A stretch of DNA of 64,000 nt from an uncultured Defluviitaleaceae bacterium (GCA_964533945.1 CAZHPA010000002.1:68997-132996), one strand, 5' to 3'; positions 37,802 to 48,260 are shown, counted from the stretch's first letter. Translations and numbers: made by a program. Notes: a model not told the origin generated them from the letters alone.

Positions 37802-40183
37802 TTGGTAAAAGAGCTTGATTATACAAAATTAAAGCAATTTATAAAAATTGAAGATTTAAACTTCAGAACAACAAAGGAGCTAGAAAGCTACACAGACATA
37901 ATAGGGCAAGAGCGGGCTAAAAAAGCTTTAGAATTTGGACTTAGCGTTAAAATGAAAGGCTATAACATTTACGTTTCGGGGCTTCCTGGAACAGGCAGAA
38001 CAACTTTTTCTGAACAATTTGCAAGAAAAATTGCCAAAACCGAAAAAACACCTCCCGATTTATGCTATGTATATAATTTTAAAAATCCAAAATGCCCCAA
38101 AATGTTAATGCTTCCTCCAGGAACAGGTAAGATAATTAAGGAAGAACTTGACGACCTTATTAACCGCCTTACAAATGAACTCCCCAAGGTTTTTAGTGAT
38201 AAAGATTTTGAAAACAGCAAGGCTGAAATAGTTAAAAGCTATCATGATAAGCGAGAAGAAATAATTAAAGTTGTTACAGAAGAAGCAAGAGAGCAAATGT
38301 TTGGAGTTAAAACTACAAACACAGGAATTTATTTTATGCCTATCGTTGATGGAGAAATCATTTCAGAGGAACAATTTGATGCACTACCTCAAGATAAAAA
38401 AGACGAAATATCTAAAAATTCTGAAGCAATCCAAAAAAGAGCACAAGAGGCAATGCGTGAAATAAAAGACTATGAAAAATTAATTAGAAAAGATGTTGAT
38501 GATTTTGAATATAGCATTGCCCTTCTTGCTGTTGGTCATCAATTAAGCCCTTTGCTTGAAAAATATAGTAATAATGATGATGTTGTTAAATATCTTTTGG
38601 AAATTAAGGAAGACATTTTAGAAAATGTTGCCGATTTTTTAGAACAGGAAACAAGTGAAGAAGCTGTGTTTCCTTGGTATCCTAAAAAAGCACCAGAAGA
38701 TAACTTTTCAAAATATAAAGTAAATTTATTAACAGACAACTCAAATCAAACAGGAGCGCCGGTTATTGTAGATTTTAACCCAACATATTCTAATTTAATC
38801 GGTGAAATAGAATATGATAATGAGTATGGAAATTTAATAACCGATTTTATGAAAATTAAGCCGGGCTTAATTCATAAAGCAAACGGTGGCTATTTAATAT
38901 TGCAAGCATATGATTTATTTTCTAATTATCACGCTTGGGAAGCTTTAAGGCGTGTTCTTTTAACAAAAGAAGTTGTAACAGAATGCTTGCGCGAATATTC
39001 AACAGGAGCGCTAGTTTCAGGAATTAAACCTGAGCCTGTGCCAATTGATTTAAAAGTTATTATAGTTGGAACAGATTTCTTCTATAACTTGCTTTATGAA
39101 TATGATGATGAATTTTCAAAATTGTTTAAAATATATGCCGATTTCGATTATGAAATGAACCATACAAAAGATATTATAGAGCAAATATCACGCTATGTTA
39201 AAGCATTTGTTGAAAAAGAAAAAACGCTTGAATTTAGCGCATTAGCAGTTGCTGCTGTAATTGAACATAGCGTAAGGCTTGCTGAACGGCAAGGCAAATT
39301 AACAACACGTTTTAACCGCATTTGTGAGGTTCTTGCCGAAGCATATACATGGGCAAAGCTTGAAGATGCTTCAATTATAACTGAAAAGCACGTTAAAAAA
39401 GCTATTTCAGAGCATGAATTTCGCTTTAACATGTATGAAGAAAAGCTTTCTGAATTAATTGAACAAGAAATAATTATGATTGATACGCATGGCTTTAAAG
39501 TTGGGCAAATTAACGGTCTTGCCGTATTTGATGCCGGCGACTATGCTTTTGCAAAGCCAAGCAAAATTACAGCAACAACATATGTTGGAAAAGCCGGAAT
39601 AATTAATATAGAAAAAGAAGCAGAAATGAGCGGCTCTATTCACGATAAAGGAGTTCAAGTTTTAAGCGGATTTTTAGGGCAAACATATGCGCAAGAATTT
39701 CCTTTATCATTGTCATGCAGGCTTTGTTTTGAACAAACATATAGTGGTGTTGATGGTGATAGTGCTTCAAGCACAGAACTTTACGCAGTTTTATCAAGCC
39801 TTGCAGATGTTCCAATTAATCAGGAAATAGCCGTTACAGGAAGTATAAATCAGCGTGGAGAAATACAAGCTATTGGAGGAGTTACTTATAAAATTGAGGG
39901 CTTTTTCGATTTATGCAACAAAAGAGGGTTAACCGGCAAGCAAGGAGTAGTTATTCCGTATCAAAATGTTAAAGATTTAGTTTTAAAAGATGAAGTAATT
40001 GAAGCAGTTAAAAACGGCATTTTCCATATATACCCTATAAGCCATGTTGATGAAGGCATTGAAATATTAACAGGCATTAAAGCCGGAATTAAAAACGAAA
40101 AAGGCAAATATTCGCCCGGAACAATACATGGAAGAATATTTAAGAAATTAAAAGATTTTTACAAAAAATCAATTAATGAATAA
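37802..40183 (+). CDS. Lon-like ATP-dependent protease (AAA+ module plus S16 protease domain, COG1067-type)
   Basis: 793 aa. Walker A is GLPGTGRTT. The C-terminal Lon protease motifs are DGDSASSTELYAVLS and IGGVTYKIEGFF. TTG start lies 8 nt after AGGGGG. Confidence 0.8.
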   Translation: MVKELDYTKLKQFIKIEDLNFRTTKELESYTDIIGQERAKKALEFGLSVKMKGYNIYVSGLPGTGRTTFSEQFARKIAKTEKTPPDLCYVYNFKNPKCPKMLMLPPGTGKIIKEELDDLINRLTNELPKVFSDKDFENSKAEIVKSYHDKREEIIKVVTEEAREQMFGVKTTNTGIYFMPIVDGEIISEEQFDALPQDKKDEISKNSEAIQKRAQEAMREIKDYEKLIRKDVDDFEYSIALLAVGHQLSPLLEKYSNNDDVVKYLLEIKEDILENVADFLEQETSEEAVFPWYPKKAPEDNFSKYKVNLLTDNSNQTGAPVIVDFNPTYSNLIGEIEYDNEYGNLITDFMKIKPGLIHKANGGYLILQAYDLFSNYHAWEALRRVLLTKEVVTECLREYSTGALVSGIKPEPVPIDLKVIIVGTDFFYNLLYEYDDEFSKLFKIYADFDYEMNHTKDIIEQISRYVKAFVEKEKTLEFSALAVAAVIEHSVRLAERQGKLTTRFNRICEVLAEAYTWAKLEDASIITEKHVKKAISEHEFRFNMYEEKLSELIEQEIIMIDTHGFKVGQINGLAVFDAGDYAFAKPSKITATTYVGKAGIINIEKEAEMSGSIHDKGVQVLSGFLGQTYAQEFPLSLSCRLCFEQTYSGVDGDSASSTELYAVLSSLADVPINQEIAVTGSINQRGEIQAIGGVTYKIEGFFDLCNKRGLTGKQGVVIPYQNVKDLVLKDEVIEAVKNGIFHIYPISHVDEGIEILTGIKAGIKNEKGKYSPGTIHGRIFKKLKDFYKKSINE

Positions 40184-40234
40184 GTATTTTAAAAACCTTC
40201 TTGCAAATAATAATTTAGCAAGGAGGTGTTTTTT

Positions 40235-40924
40235 ATGAAAGTGGCAACCTTATTAATAATTTGTTGTATTTGCATGGTAGGCTGCAACGGAAAATCACAA
40301 AACATGGCAAATGCAGTTATAAATGCAGTTCCTCCTGATTTTGGAGGTTTGGCAAGCTCTGAAAGTTCCGAAACTATTGGGGAATATACAACCAAATTCG
40401 ACTCTCAAAAATCAGCACGAGGCAAAAATATTATGCGTGCTTCAAAAGCTATAGATGAAATAATAGTTAATCCGGGCCAAGAGTTTTCGTTCAACAATGC
40501 TGTTGGCCCAACAACAAAAAGTAATGGATTTGAATTAGCCCGTATTTTTATAAAAGGCGAGGAGAAAAAAGGATATGGTGGAGGCGTTTGCCAAGTTAGC
40601 AGCACGCTATATAACGCCGTTTTGCAAGCAGGGCTTGAAGTTACAGAACGCCATGTTCATTCAAAAGAAGTTTTTTATGTTCCAAAAGATAAAGACGCAG
40701 CAACCTCACATGGAGGAATAGATTTTAAATTTGTTAATAACAAAGATTTCCCTATTAAAATACAAAGCTATACAGTAGACAATAAAGTTACAACAGCCAT
40801 AATGATTTCCCCCTCTGCAATAAATGAGGGGGAAAACTTAATTAAATTCAACAACAGTAACTCCGGCATCTCCTTCCCCAAATTTTCCCAGCCTGTAGCT
40901 TTTAACGTGGGTGTGGCGTTTTAA
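40235..40924 (+). CDS. VanW-domain lipoprotein
   Basis: Lipobox ICMVGC. The VanW core is GQEFSFNNAVGP...GYGGGVCQVSSTLYNAVLQAGLEVTERHVHS. ATG at 40235 follows AGGAGG. Confidence 0.75.
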   Translation: MKVATLLIICCICMVGCNGKSQNMANAVINAVPPDFGGLASSESSETIGEYTTKFDSQKSARGKNIMRASKAIDEIIVNPGQEFSFNNAVGPTTKSNGFELARIFIKGEEKKGYGGGVCQVSSTLYNAVLQAGLEVTERHVHSKEVFYVPKDKDAATSHGGIDFKFVNNKDFPIKIQSYTVDNKVTTAIMISPSAINEGENLIKFNNSNSGISFPKFSQPVAFNVGVAF

Positions 40925-43198
40925 GTGTTCATGTATTGCCGCCCTTAAAACTCCTGTTCCTTTTCCGTGTATAATTGTAACTTGGGAAATTCCTGAAAGA
41001 TATGCATCATCAAGGTATTTATCTGTCTTTTCAATTCCTTCCGAAACTAAATAGCCTCTTAAATCAAGTTCTGGCGAAACAGTTAAGCTTTTTTGAAGCT
41101 TAACGCTATGAGAAACTGCTTTATTGTTAAATTTAATTGTTTGTTCGCTTTCATCATGTGATAAGTCTTTAATTTTAACTTTTATTTTCATTATTCCGGC
41201 CAAAACGGTTACTTCCTTGTCCGAATCAATTGAAGTTATAATTCCGCTTTGATTTAGCGTTCTAACAAAAACTTTGTCGCCTTTACTTAATTTTTTAGTA
41301 ATGGGCTTGTAGTTTACTTTATGCTCTGTTGACTTTTCAAGCTGCGAAAGTTTTTCGCTAATTTTTTGCCTAGCTTCTGAAATTGATTTTTGAGAGCTAT
41401 TTTCTTTAAGCTGCTTTTGAAAATCTTTAAAAAGAACATCTGCTTCTTCTTTTGCTTTTTGCATTAACTCTCTTGCTTCTTCTTTTGCTTTTTGAAGTAG
41501 TTTTTCACGTTGACTGTTTAGTTTTTGCTTTTGAATTTCCGCTTCTTTATGCAGCTTTTCCGCTTCTTGTCTAAATGCTTCTGCTCTTTCTTTTTCAATA
41601 GATAACTGCTTACGGCTTATTTCAAGGTCTGTTATAACATCTTCAAGGCGAACGTTTTCATTGCTTAATGTTTCTTTTGCAGCCGAAATAATATAATCTG
41701 GAAGCCCTAATTTTTGAGAAATTGCAAATGCATTACTTTTGCCCGGAACTCCAATTAAAAGCTTATATGTTGGGCGCAGAGTTTGAACATCAAATTCACA
41801 GCAAGCATTTTCTAAGCCTTTTGTTGAAAGCGCATACACCTTTAATTCACTGTAGTGGGTTGTAACAATTGTTCTAACTTTTAGCCCATGAAGAAATTGC
41901 AAAATTGCAATAGCCAATGCCGCTCCTTCTGTTGGGTCTGTTCCTGCTCCTAATTCGTCAAGCAAAACAAGCGAATTGCAAGTTACTTCATCAAGTATTT
42001 TAACTATGTTGCACATATGAGAAGAAAACGTGCTAAGGCTTTGTTCAATGCTTTGCTCGTCGCCTATATCTGCAAAAATGTTGTCGAAAACGCTAAGTTC
42101 GGAATTGTCATTGGCGGCAATATGCAAACCGGCTTGTCCCATTAATGTAAAAAGCCCTACGGTTTTTAAAGAAACAGTTTTACCACCTGTGTTTGGCCCT
42201 GTAATTAAAAGTGTTGTAAAGTCTTTGCCGATGTAAATATCTGTTGGAACTACTGTAGTTTTATTTAAAAGAGGGTGTCTTCCTTTTCTAATGTTAATGT
42301 ACCCGTTATCGTTAAAAACAGGTTGGCTTCCATTCATTGCAAGAGAAAGCTCACCTTTTGCAAAAACAAAGTCGATATATGTTAGCGTTTGCGAATTTAA
42401 AAGCAACAGTTCACTACTTTCTGCAACCATAGAAGATAGCTTAATTAAAATCTTTTCAATTTCTTTTTTCTCATCTGCATCAAGTTCTCTAATTTTATTG
42501 TTTAGCTGCACAACACTAATTGGTTCTATGAAAACCGTTGCTCCTGTTGAAGATTGGTCGTGAATCATGCCGTTAAACGAATTTTTATATTCCTGCTTTA
42601 TAGGAACACAAAAGCGCCCGTTTCGCATAGTTATAACCGAATCTTGAAGCATTGTTTTGTATGTTTGGGAATGTATTACGCTATTTAATTGCTCTCTAAT
42701 TTTATCATTTTGTATTTTAATATTTCGGCGTATAGTTAATAGCGCTTGGCTTGCATCATCCGCTATTTCGGTGCTGTTGATAATACAACGGTTTATTTCA
42801 CGCTCAAGCTGCGGAACCGTTTGTATTGCCGAAAAATACGGAAAAAGAATTGGGAAAACGTCATTTTTATTTTCTGCCTTTGAATAGTTAACGGTTTTTT
42901 TGCAAACATATAAAAATTCCCCAACATGCAAAAGCTCCTCTATTGATAAAACGCCACCAATTGCTGTACGCTTAATTGATTCCTCAACATCATGTATACC
43001 GCCTAACGGCAAAGAACCCTTTTTTAATATCATGCTTACAGCTTCTGTTGTTTCTTTTTGCCATGCTTCAATTTCTTCTCTATCGCAAGAAGGCAATAAT
43101 TCAAAACACATCTGCTTGCCCATTTTTGATATTGCTTTTGATTTAAGCATATCTATTATTTTGTTAAATTCCAATGTTGTTATCGCTTTTTGGTTCAA
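40838..43198 (-). CDS. mutS2: Endonuclease MutS2 (MutS domains plus C-terminal Smr)
   Basis: 786 aa. Has ITGPNTGGKT, a coiled-coil linker and a Smr tail ending ...GEGDAGVTVVEFN. TTG start. Confidence 0.9.
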   Translation of the reverse strand: MNQKAITTLEFNKIIDMLKSKAISKMGKQMCFELLPSCDREEIEAWQKETTEAVSMILKKGSLPLGGIHDVEESIKRTAIGGVLSIEELLHVGEFLYVCKKTVNYSKAENKNDVFPILFPYFSAIQTVPQLEREINRCIINSTEIADDASQALLTIRRNIKIQNDKIREQLNSVIHSQTYKTMLQDSVITMRNGRFCVPIKQEYKNSFNGMIHDQSSTGATVFIEPISVVQLNNKIRELDADEKKEIEKILIKLSSMVAESSELLLLNSQTLTYIDFVFAKGELSLAMNGSQPVFNDNGYINIRKGRHPLLNKTTVVPTDIYIGKDFTTLLITGPNTGGKTVSLKTVGLFTLMGQAGLHIAANDNSELSVFDNIFADIGDEQSIEQSLSTFSSHMCNIVKILDEVTCNSLVLLDELGAGTDPTEGAALAIAILQFLHGLKVRTIVTTHYSELKVYALSTKGLENACCEFDVQTLRPTYKLLIGVPGKSNAFAISQKLGLPDYIISAAKETLSNENVRLEDVITDLEISRKQLSIEKERAEAFRQEAEKLHKEAEIQKQKLNSQREKLLQKAKEEARELMQKAKEEADVLFKDFQKQLKENSSQKSISEARQKISEKLSQLEKSTEHKVNYKPITKKLSKGDKVFVRTLNQSGIITSIDSDKEVTVLAGIMKIKVKIKDLSHDESEQTIKFNNKAVSHSVKLQKSLTVSPELDLRGYLVSEGIEKTDKYLDDAYLSGISQVTIIHGKGTGVLRAAIHEHLKRHTHVKSYRLGKFGEGDAGVTVVEFN

Positions 43199-43276
43199 AA
43201 GTTATCAATCCAATCTAAAAATCTTAAAAAATATATAGACAATTAAATTAAACTATGCTATAATATATAGTAATGA

Positions 43277-43350
43277 GTATTTGTAGCTCAGTTGGATAGA
43301 GCAATCGCCTCCTAAGCGATAGGTCGCAGGTTCAAATCCTGTCAAGTACA
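43277..43350 (+). tRNA. tRNA-Arg (anticodon CCT)
   Basis: Folded by hand as GTATTTG-TA-GCTC..GAGC-A-ATCGC-CTCCTAA-GCGAT-AGGTC-GCAGG-TTCAAAT-CCTGT-CAAGTAC-A. Confidence 0.85.
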
Positions 43351-43351
43351 C

Positions 43352-43951
43352 TTAATCTGCCTCTTTGCTTAAAGCAAGGAGGCTTATTATTTCCCAAAGT
43401 TCCTCTTTGCCGGCTTTAGTTTCGCTTGAAAACGGAATTAAAATTTCTTCCTTTTCCATTTCCAAACCTTTTCTTATTATACTAATATGTTTGCTTAATT
43501 GGCTTCTTTTTATTTTATCGGCTTTTGTTGCAGCAATAACTATTTTGTAATTATAGTGTTTAAGCCAATCGTACATTAGCTTGTCATTTTTTGAAGGCTC
43601 ATGTCTTATATCTATAAGTAAAATAATAAGCTTTAGAGAATGCCGCTTTAATAAATACCCTTCAACCATTTCGCCCCACTTTAAAGATTCAGAGCGTGAA
43701 ATTTTTGCATAGCCATAGCCGGGTAAATCTACAAAGTACAATAAATTTTCAACATTATAGAAATTAATTGTTCGTGTTTTGCCAGGGTTTTGGCTTGTTC
43801 GTGCAAGTGCTTTACGGTTTATCATTGTATTAATTAAAGACGATTTGCCAACATTTGACTTTCCAGCAAATGCAACTTCTGGCTTTCCATCGGATGGAAA
43901 CTGTGAAAGTTTAACTCCCACAGCTTCCAATACTACATTAACAACATTCAT
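43352..43951 (-). CDS. engB: Ribosome biogenesis GTP-binding protein EngB/YsxC
   Basis: 199 aa. Has GKSNVGKSSLIN, DLPGYGYA and TKADK. Confidence 0.88.
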   Translation of the reverse strand: MNVVNVVLEAVGVKLSQFPSDGKPEVAFAGKSNVGKSSLINTMINRKALARTSQNPGKTRTINFYNVENLLYFVDLPGYGYAKISRSESLKWGEMVEGYLLKRHSLKLIILLIDIRHEPSKNDKLMYDWLKHYNYKIVIAATKADKIKRSQLSKHISIIRKGLEMEKEEILIPFSSETKAGKEELWEIISLLALSKEAD

Positions 43952-43996
43952 TTAATTACCTTCCTTAAACCTTCCCTTTATTAAGAAATTGCCTTT

Positions 43997-46906
43997 TTAA
44001 CTGCAGCCTGTAGTTGAACCACATTCGGCGCAAACTTTACAAGTTCCATTTTTAACCATTTTAGAGCTTTTGCAAGTTGGACAAATAACGCCATCGTGCG
44101 TATAATCGCTGGCACAATAAATTTTGGAAAGTGCATTATGCGTTTCACCTTCATATAATACACCGTCGGGTTTAACTTGACAATACTTATAATTTCCTAA
44201 TTCTATATCAATTATTTTGCTAATTAAATCCGATATTGAATCAACATGTTTAATGTATGGGTGTCCTGAAACAAAGCCGCTTGGCTCATACTTTTGCCCA
44301 CGATACATTTTGGCAATGTCTTGCGAAGGCACGCCATATTGAAGCATTTCGGAAATTGTTGTTGATAAACTATCTAAAAGCCCTTTTGTTAAAGAACCTT
44401 GCCTTCCCGAAGAAACATAAAGTTCGCCTAAGCTTCCGTCTGAATAAAATGAAGTTGTAATATATAGCTTTAAACCGTTAATTGCAGCTTCATGAACATG
44501 GGCTTTGCGTATTCCAAAAGGTTTAGAACGTATTGGCTTGTGAATAACTTTTTTAGACTTTGCATATTCAAGCAATTCGCTGTATGTGTAATCTGAAATT
44601 GGGCGTTCTGTTTTATTTTGCTTTGTGCTGCTTAAAGGCTGACAGCTTTTGCAACCATCTCTATACAAGGCAATTGCTTTAACGCCAAGTTCCCAAGACA
44701 TTTTGTATATATTTAAAATATCTTCAACAGTAGCTTCATTAGGAAGGTTTACAGTTTTGCTAATAGCTCCTGTTACATGGGGAGTTAAGGCCGCCATCAT
44801 TTTAACATGCCCTTGTGGAGAAATATAACGCTTTCCTGTTCCGCATTTGCTTGCTGTGTCGAATATTTCATAGTGTTCTTTTAAAAGCCCCGGTGCACCT
44901 TCAATTTTTCCGTCTAAAACGTTTCCGTATTCATCTTTTGCCATAACATATTCAATAATAGCTTTAATTTGAGCTTTTGTATAGCTCAATTTTTCAAGTG
45001 CAGCTTCAATAGTAGGGTTTAATATTTGCATAAATCCGCCGCCCACAAGCTTCTTAAACGCAACATGGCTAAAAAACGGTTCTGAAGATGTTGTTGCGCA
45101 ATCCATTGCAAACGCTATTGTTCCTGTTGGCGCTAAAACCGAAACTTGTGCATTTCTAAATCCAAATTTGTTTCCTTTTTCAATTGTTTTTGCCCATACC
45201 GTTTTAACATAGCTTGAAATATACGAAAGCCCCATTTCATCAAGCACTTTATGATTAATTGCAACAGGAGTATATGAAAGCCCTTCAAATTTTGTACCTT
45301 CTAAATTACTTAAGGCAGCAGCAGCGTGATTTCTAATAACTCTGTTCATATGCTGCTTGTTTACTTCATAGCACGCAAACGCTCCTATTTCTTGTGCAAT
45401 TAAGGCAGAACAATAATATGAATAGCCTGTTAAAATACTTGTTAATGCTGCAGCAACGTTTCTTGCTTTTTCGGAATCATATGGAATTGCCATTAACATG
45501 AAAAGCGTTCCTAAGTTTGTTAGCCCAAGTCCTGTTGTTCTAAATAAATATGATTTTCTGGCTATATCTTTTGTTGGAAATTGACCCCAATGTATTGTTG
45601 CTTCCAAAACAAGATGAATCATTTTTATGCAGTGAGCATAACTTTCTAAATCAAATTTGCCCGATTTTACATCGTAAAATTTAGCTATATTTATGCTTGC
45701 AAGGTTACAAGCGGTATCGTCTAAAAACATATATTCAGAGCATGGATTAGAAGCATTAATTCTGTTGTGTTTTGCGTTAAACTTTCCATCTTCTCCGCAA
45801 GGGCAAGTGTGCCATGAGTTAATAGTATCATCAAATTGAATGCCGGGGTCGCCACAACGCCATGCCGATTGACCAATTTTGCTCCAAATTTCTGAAATCG
45901 AAACAGACTTGTCCAGGTTTTTGTCAATTCGTCCTTTAGTTTGCCATTGAGCGTTTGGGGTATTTAGTTTTTTCATAAAGCGGTCGGGTACTCTAACCGA
46001 ATTATTAGCATTTTGCCCCGAAACTGTTTCATATGCTTCCCCTTCAATTGATGTGTCGTAGCCCATTTTTCCAAGAGCTAAAACTTTATCTTCTTCTTTA
46101 GATTTCCATGTTATGTAGTCTAGTATTTCAGGGTGGTCTAAATCGAGAATATTCATTTTTGCAGCACGTCTTGTTGTTCCTCCGGATTTTATTGCGCCGG
46201 CATTTCTATCCGAAACTTTTAAAAAGCTTAAAAGCCCAGAAGACTTGCCACCCCCAGAAAGAAGTTCATTTTTTGCACGAATATTAGACCAATTAGTCCC
46301 AACGCCCGAACCGTATTTGAAAAGCAGTGTTTCTGTTGTAACTTGGTCTGTTAAAGAACGTTCGCCTAAAAGGGCATCAACTACAGAAATTATAAAACAC
46401 GCCGAACCTTGAGTTTTTGTATAGGCATCTTTCGATAAGGCAACATCTTGTATTTCTTCATCATAATAATAGTGTCCTTGAGGCTCACCTTTAATATTAT
46501 ATGCAATATTTAATCCTGTATTAAACCATTGGGGGCTGTTTGGCGCCCACATTTGAGATAATAACATATATGCAAGTTCATCATAAATAATTTGTTTTTG
46601 ATTTTCATTAATTATATGTTCATCTAAAAGCGCTTCTGCCCAAAAAAGGCACATTCTATGTGCAAGTTGGCGCATTGAATGCTCCCCTGAATCACCCACG
46701 CCTTTTTTTCTGAAATATTTTGAAGCAATGATGTCGCAGGCACTTTGTGAGTAGTGTTCGGGAAATTCCAAATTTGCCATATCTGTTATTATTTCCCCTG
46801 ATGAATAGTTTTTAAGCCTAACGTCCACTTTTTTCCATTTAAACAAGTCGTAAACCGTTTTTGCGGAATTTTGAAGCTCACTTGTAAAATGCCTTGTAAC
46901 GTCCAT
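43997..46906 (-). CDS. nrdJ: Adenosylcobalamin-dependent (class II) ribonucleotide reductase
   Basis: 969 aa. The active-site region is NPCSEYMFLDDTACNLASIN and the C-terminal Cys-rich tail is CPTCKSSKMVKNGTCKVCAECGSTTGCS. Confidence 0.88.
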   Translation of the reverse strand: MDVTRHFTSELQNSAKTVYDLFKWKKVDVRLKNYSSGEIITDMANLEFPEHYSQSACDIIASKYFRKKGVGDSGEHSMRQLAHRMCLFWAEALLDEHIINENQKQIIYDELAYMLLSQMWAPNSPQWFNTGLNIAYNIKGEPQGHYYYDEEIQDVALSKDAYTKTQGSACFIISVVDALLGERSLTDQVTTETLLFKYGSGVGTNWSNIRAKNELLSGGGKSSGLLSFLKVSDRNAGAIKSGGTTRRAAKMNILDLDHPEILDYITWKSKEEDKVLALGKMGYDTSIEGEAYETVSGQNANNSVRVPDRFMKKLNTPNAQWQTKGRIDKNLDKSVSISEIWSKIGQSAWRCGDPGIQFDDTINSWHTCPCGEDGKFNAKHNRINASNPCSEYMFLDDTACNLASINIAKFYDVKSGKFDLESYAHCIKMIHLVLEATIHWGQFPTKDIARKSYLFRTTGLGLTNLGTLFMLMAIPYDSEKARNVAAALTSILTGYSYYCSALIAQEIGAFACYEVNKQHMNRVIRNHAAAALSNLEGTKFEGLSYTPVAINHKVLDEMGLSYISSYVKTVWAKTIEKGNKFGFRNAQVSVLAPTGTIAFAMDCATTSSEPFFSHVAFKKLVGGGFMQILNPTIEAALEKLSYTKAQIKAIIEYVMAKDEYGNVLDGKIEGAPGLLKEHYEIFDTASKCGTGKRYISPQGHVKMMAALTPHVTGAISKTVNLPNEATVEDILNIYKMSWELGVKAIALYRDGCKSCQPLSSTKQNKTERPISDYTYSELLEYAKSKKVIHKPIRSKPFGIRKAHVHEAAINGLKLYITTSFYSDGSLGELYVSSGRQGSLTKGLLDSLSTTISEMLQYGVPSQDIAKMYRGQKYEPSGFVSGHPYIKHVDSISDLISKIIDIELGNYKYCQVKPDGVLYEGETHNALSKIYCASDYTHDGVICPTCKSSKMVKNGTCKVCAECGSTTGCS

Positions 46907-47097
46907 TTTTTATTCCCCTTTCTTTCGTTAGAGATTAATTCTACAGTAATAAGTTATTTTTGGCAAACGCTAAAGTTAGTCGGTATGAAACATGACATAG
47001 TAAAATTATAATCTTATCTTCCTCTAGCGCTATTTTAAGAACAGATTTAGCAATGAATGGCATACTAAGCCGTGTTCTAAGCTTTGACAATAACAGA

Positions 47098-47126
47098 TTG
47101 ACTATTTTTGGACAATATGCTATAAT
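47098..47126 (+). promoter_or_regulatory. Sigma-A promoter with extended -10 upstream of the ABC substrate-binding protein gene
   Basis: TTGACT (47098-47103), 17 nt, TGcTATAAT (47118-47126). AGGAGG lies 8 nt before the ATG at 47156. Confidence 0.6.
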
Positions 47127-47155
47127 TTTTAAAAATATTTTAGGAGGAATTACCA

Positions 47156-48232
47156 ATGAAAAAAATTATATTATTAATGCTAACGCTGTTATTAAGCTTA
47201 ACATTAGCAGCTTGCACAACAACATCTAACGTTGCGGCACCACCTGCAACACCAACACCAGTTCCAGCAGAACAGCCTACAGAGCAACCAACAGAACAAC
47301 CAACAGAACAACCAACAGAACAACCTGAATTAGAACCAGCTTCAAAGGAAGTTCTTAATATAGCAGCATTAAAAGGTTCAACAGGGCTTGGGCTATTAAA
47401 GCTTATGGAAGATGATGAACAAGGTACATGTGAAAATGATTACAACTTTAACATAGCTGGGGCTGCAGACGAAATTGTTACGCAAATTGCCAAAGGCGAA
47501 GTTGATATTGCTGCCGTTCCTTCCAATTTAGGTTCTGTTTTGTTTAATAAAACAGAAGGCAAAATTAAAGCACTTGCATTAAATACCCTTGGCGTGCTTT
47601 ATGTTGTTGAAAACGGCAATGAAATTAATTCGATTGAAGACTTAAAAGGCAAAACAATTGATGCAACCGGCAAAGGAACAGTTACCGAATACACATTAAA
47701 CTATATTTTAAGCAAAAACAACATAGACCCTGAAAAAGATGTTGAAGTTTCGTTTAAAACAGAAGCAACAGAGCTTGCAAGTTTGTTAGCAAGCGGTCAG
47801 TCTAAAGTTGCAATGCTCCCTGAGCCATATGTTACAACAGTTTTATCTAAAAACGAAAATTTACGCATTGCCCTTAACTTAACAGAAGAATGGGCAAAAA
47901 TTAACGGCGAAAATATAATAACAGGAATCGCTATAGTACGCGAAGAAGTACTTGAAACTAAAAAAGAAGCTGTTGATAAGTTTTTAGAAGAATATAAGCT
48001 TTCAATTGAATATGCCAATTCAAACGTTAAAGAAACAGCAGCTCTTTCAGAAAAATTTGGAATTGTTCCTGCTGAAATTGCAGAGCAAGCAATTCCACGT
48101 TGCAACATAGTTTTTGATGAAGGCGAAAGTATGGCAGCAAACATTCAAAACTATTTATCTATTTTGTTTGAATCAAACCCTGCATCTGTAGGTGGAAAAC
48201 TTCCAGACGAAACATTCTATTATAAAAAGTAG
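47156..48232 (+). CDS. ABC transporter substrate-binding lipoprotein (NMT1/SsuA/ThiY-like family)
   Basis: Lipobox LTLAAC and a Pro/Thr/Glu-rich linker with (EQPT)x5. The periplasmic-binding fold resembles the aliphatic sulfonate/HMP-precursor binders. Ligand unknown. Confidence 0.7.
   Translation: MKKIILLMLTLLLSLTLAACTTTSNVAAPPATPTPVPAEQPTEQPTEQPTEQPTEQPELEPASKEVLNIAALKGSTGLGLLKLMEDDEQGTCENDYNFNIAGAADEIVTQIAKGEVDIAAVPSNLGSVLFNKTEGKIKALALNTLGVLYVVENGNEINSIEDLKGKTIDATGKGTVTEYTLNYILSKNNIDPEKDVEVSFKTEATELASLLASGQSKVAMLPEPYVTTVLSKNENLRIALNLTEEWAKINGENIITGIAIVREEVLETKKEAVDKFLEEYKLSIEYANSNVKETAALSEKFGIVPAEIAEQAIPRCNIVFDEGESMAANIQNYLSILFESNPASVGGKLPDETFYYKK
47270..47329 (+). repeat. Five tandem 12-nt in-frame units encoding (EQPT)5
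   Basis: GAACAGCCTACA GAGCAACCAACA GAACAACCAACA GAACAACCAACA GAACAACCTGAA. Confidence 0.9.
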
Positions 48233-48260
48233 GTTTTAATTTTTTAAATATTTTTAACGA

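Noticed and set aside
37343-40183. tsaD is missing after tsaE-tsaB-rimI and a Lon-like protease sits in its place, which might suggest a BREX BrxL-like defence protease
   Set aside because: No other BREX or defence genes (PglX, PglZ, BrxA-C) are nearby, and the protein resembles the housekeeping COG1067 Lon-like family. tsaD is probably encoded elsewhere.
43997-46906. Possible intein or extra domain explaining the 969-aa NrdJ
   Set aside because: No intein splice-junction blocks (for example C/S...HN followed by C/S/T, or homing-endonuclease motifs) are visible. The extra length is consistent with long clostridial-type class II RNRs carrying a Cys-rich tail.
46907-47097. Cobalamin riboswitch or NrdR boxes in the nrdJ leader, and a TPP riboswitch upstream of the NMT1/ThiY-like binding protein
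   Set aside because: I found no B12-box (GCCACTG-like) core, no convincing 16-bp NrdR palindrome (only a short TAGCGCTA palindrome) and no CTGAGA...ACCTGA TPP motif. The region is largely accounted for by a candidate -35/-10 pair for nrdJ and the sigma-A promoter annotated at 47098-47126.
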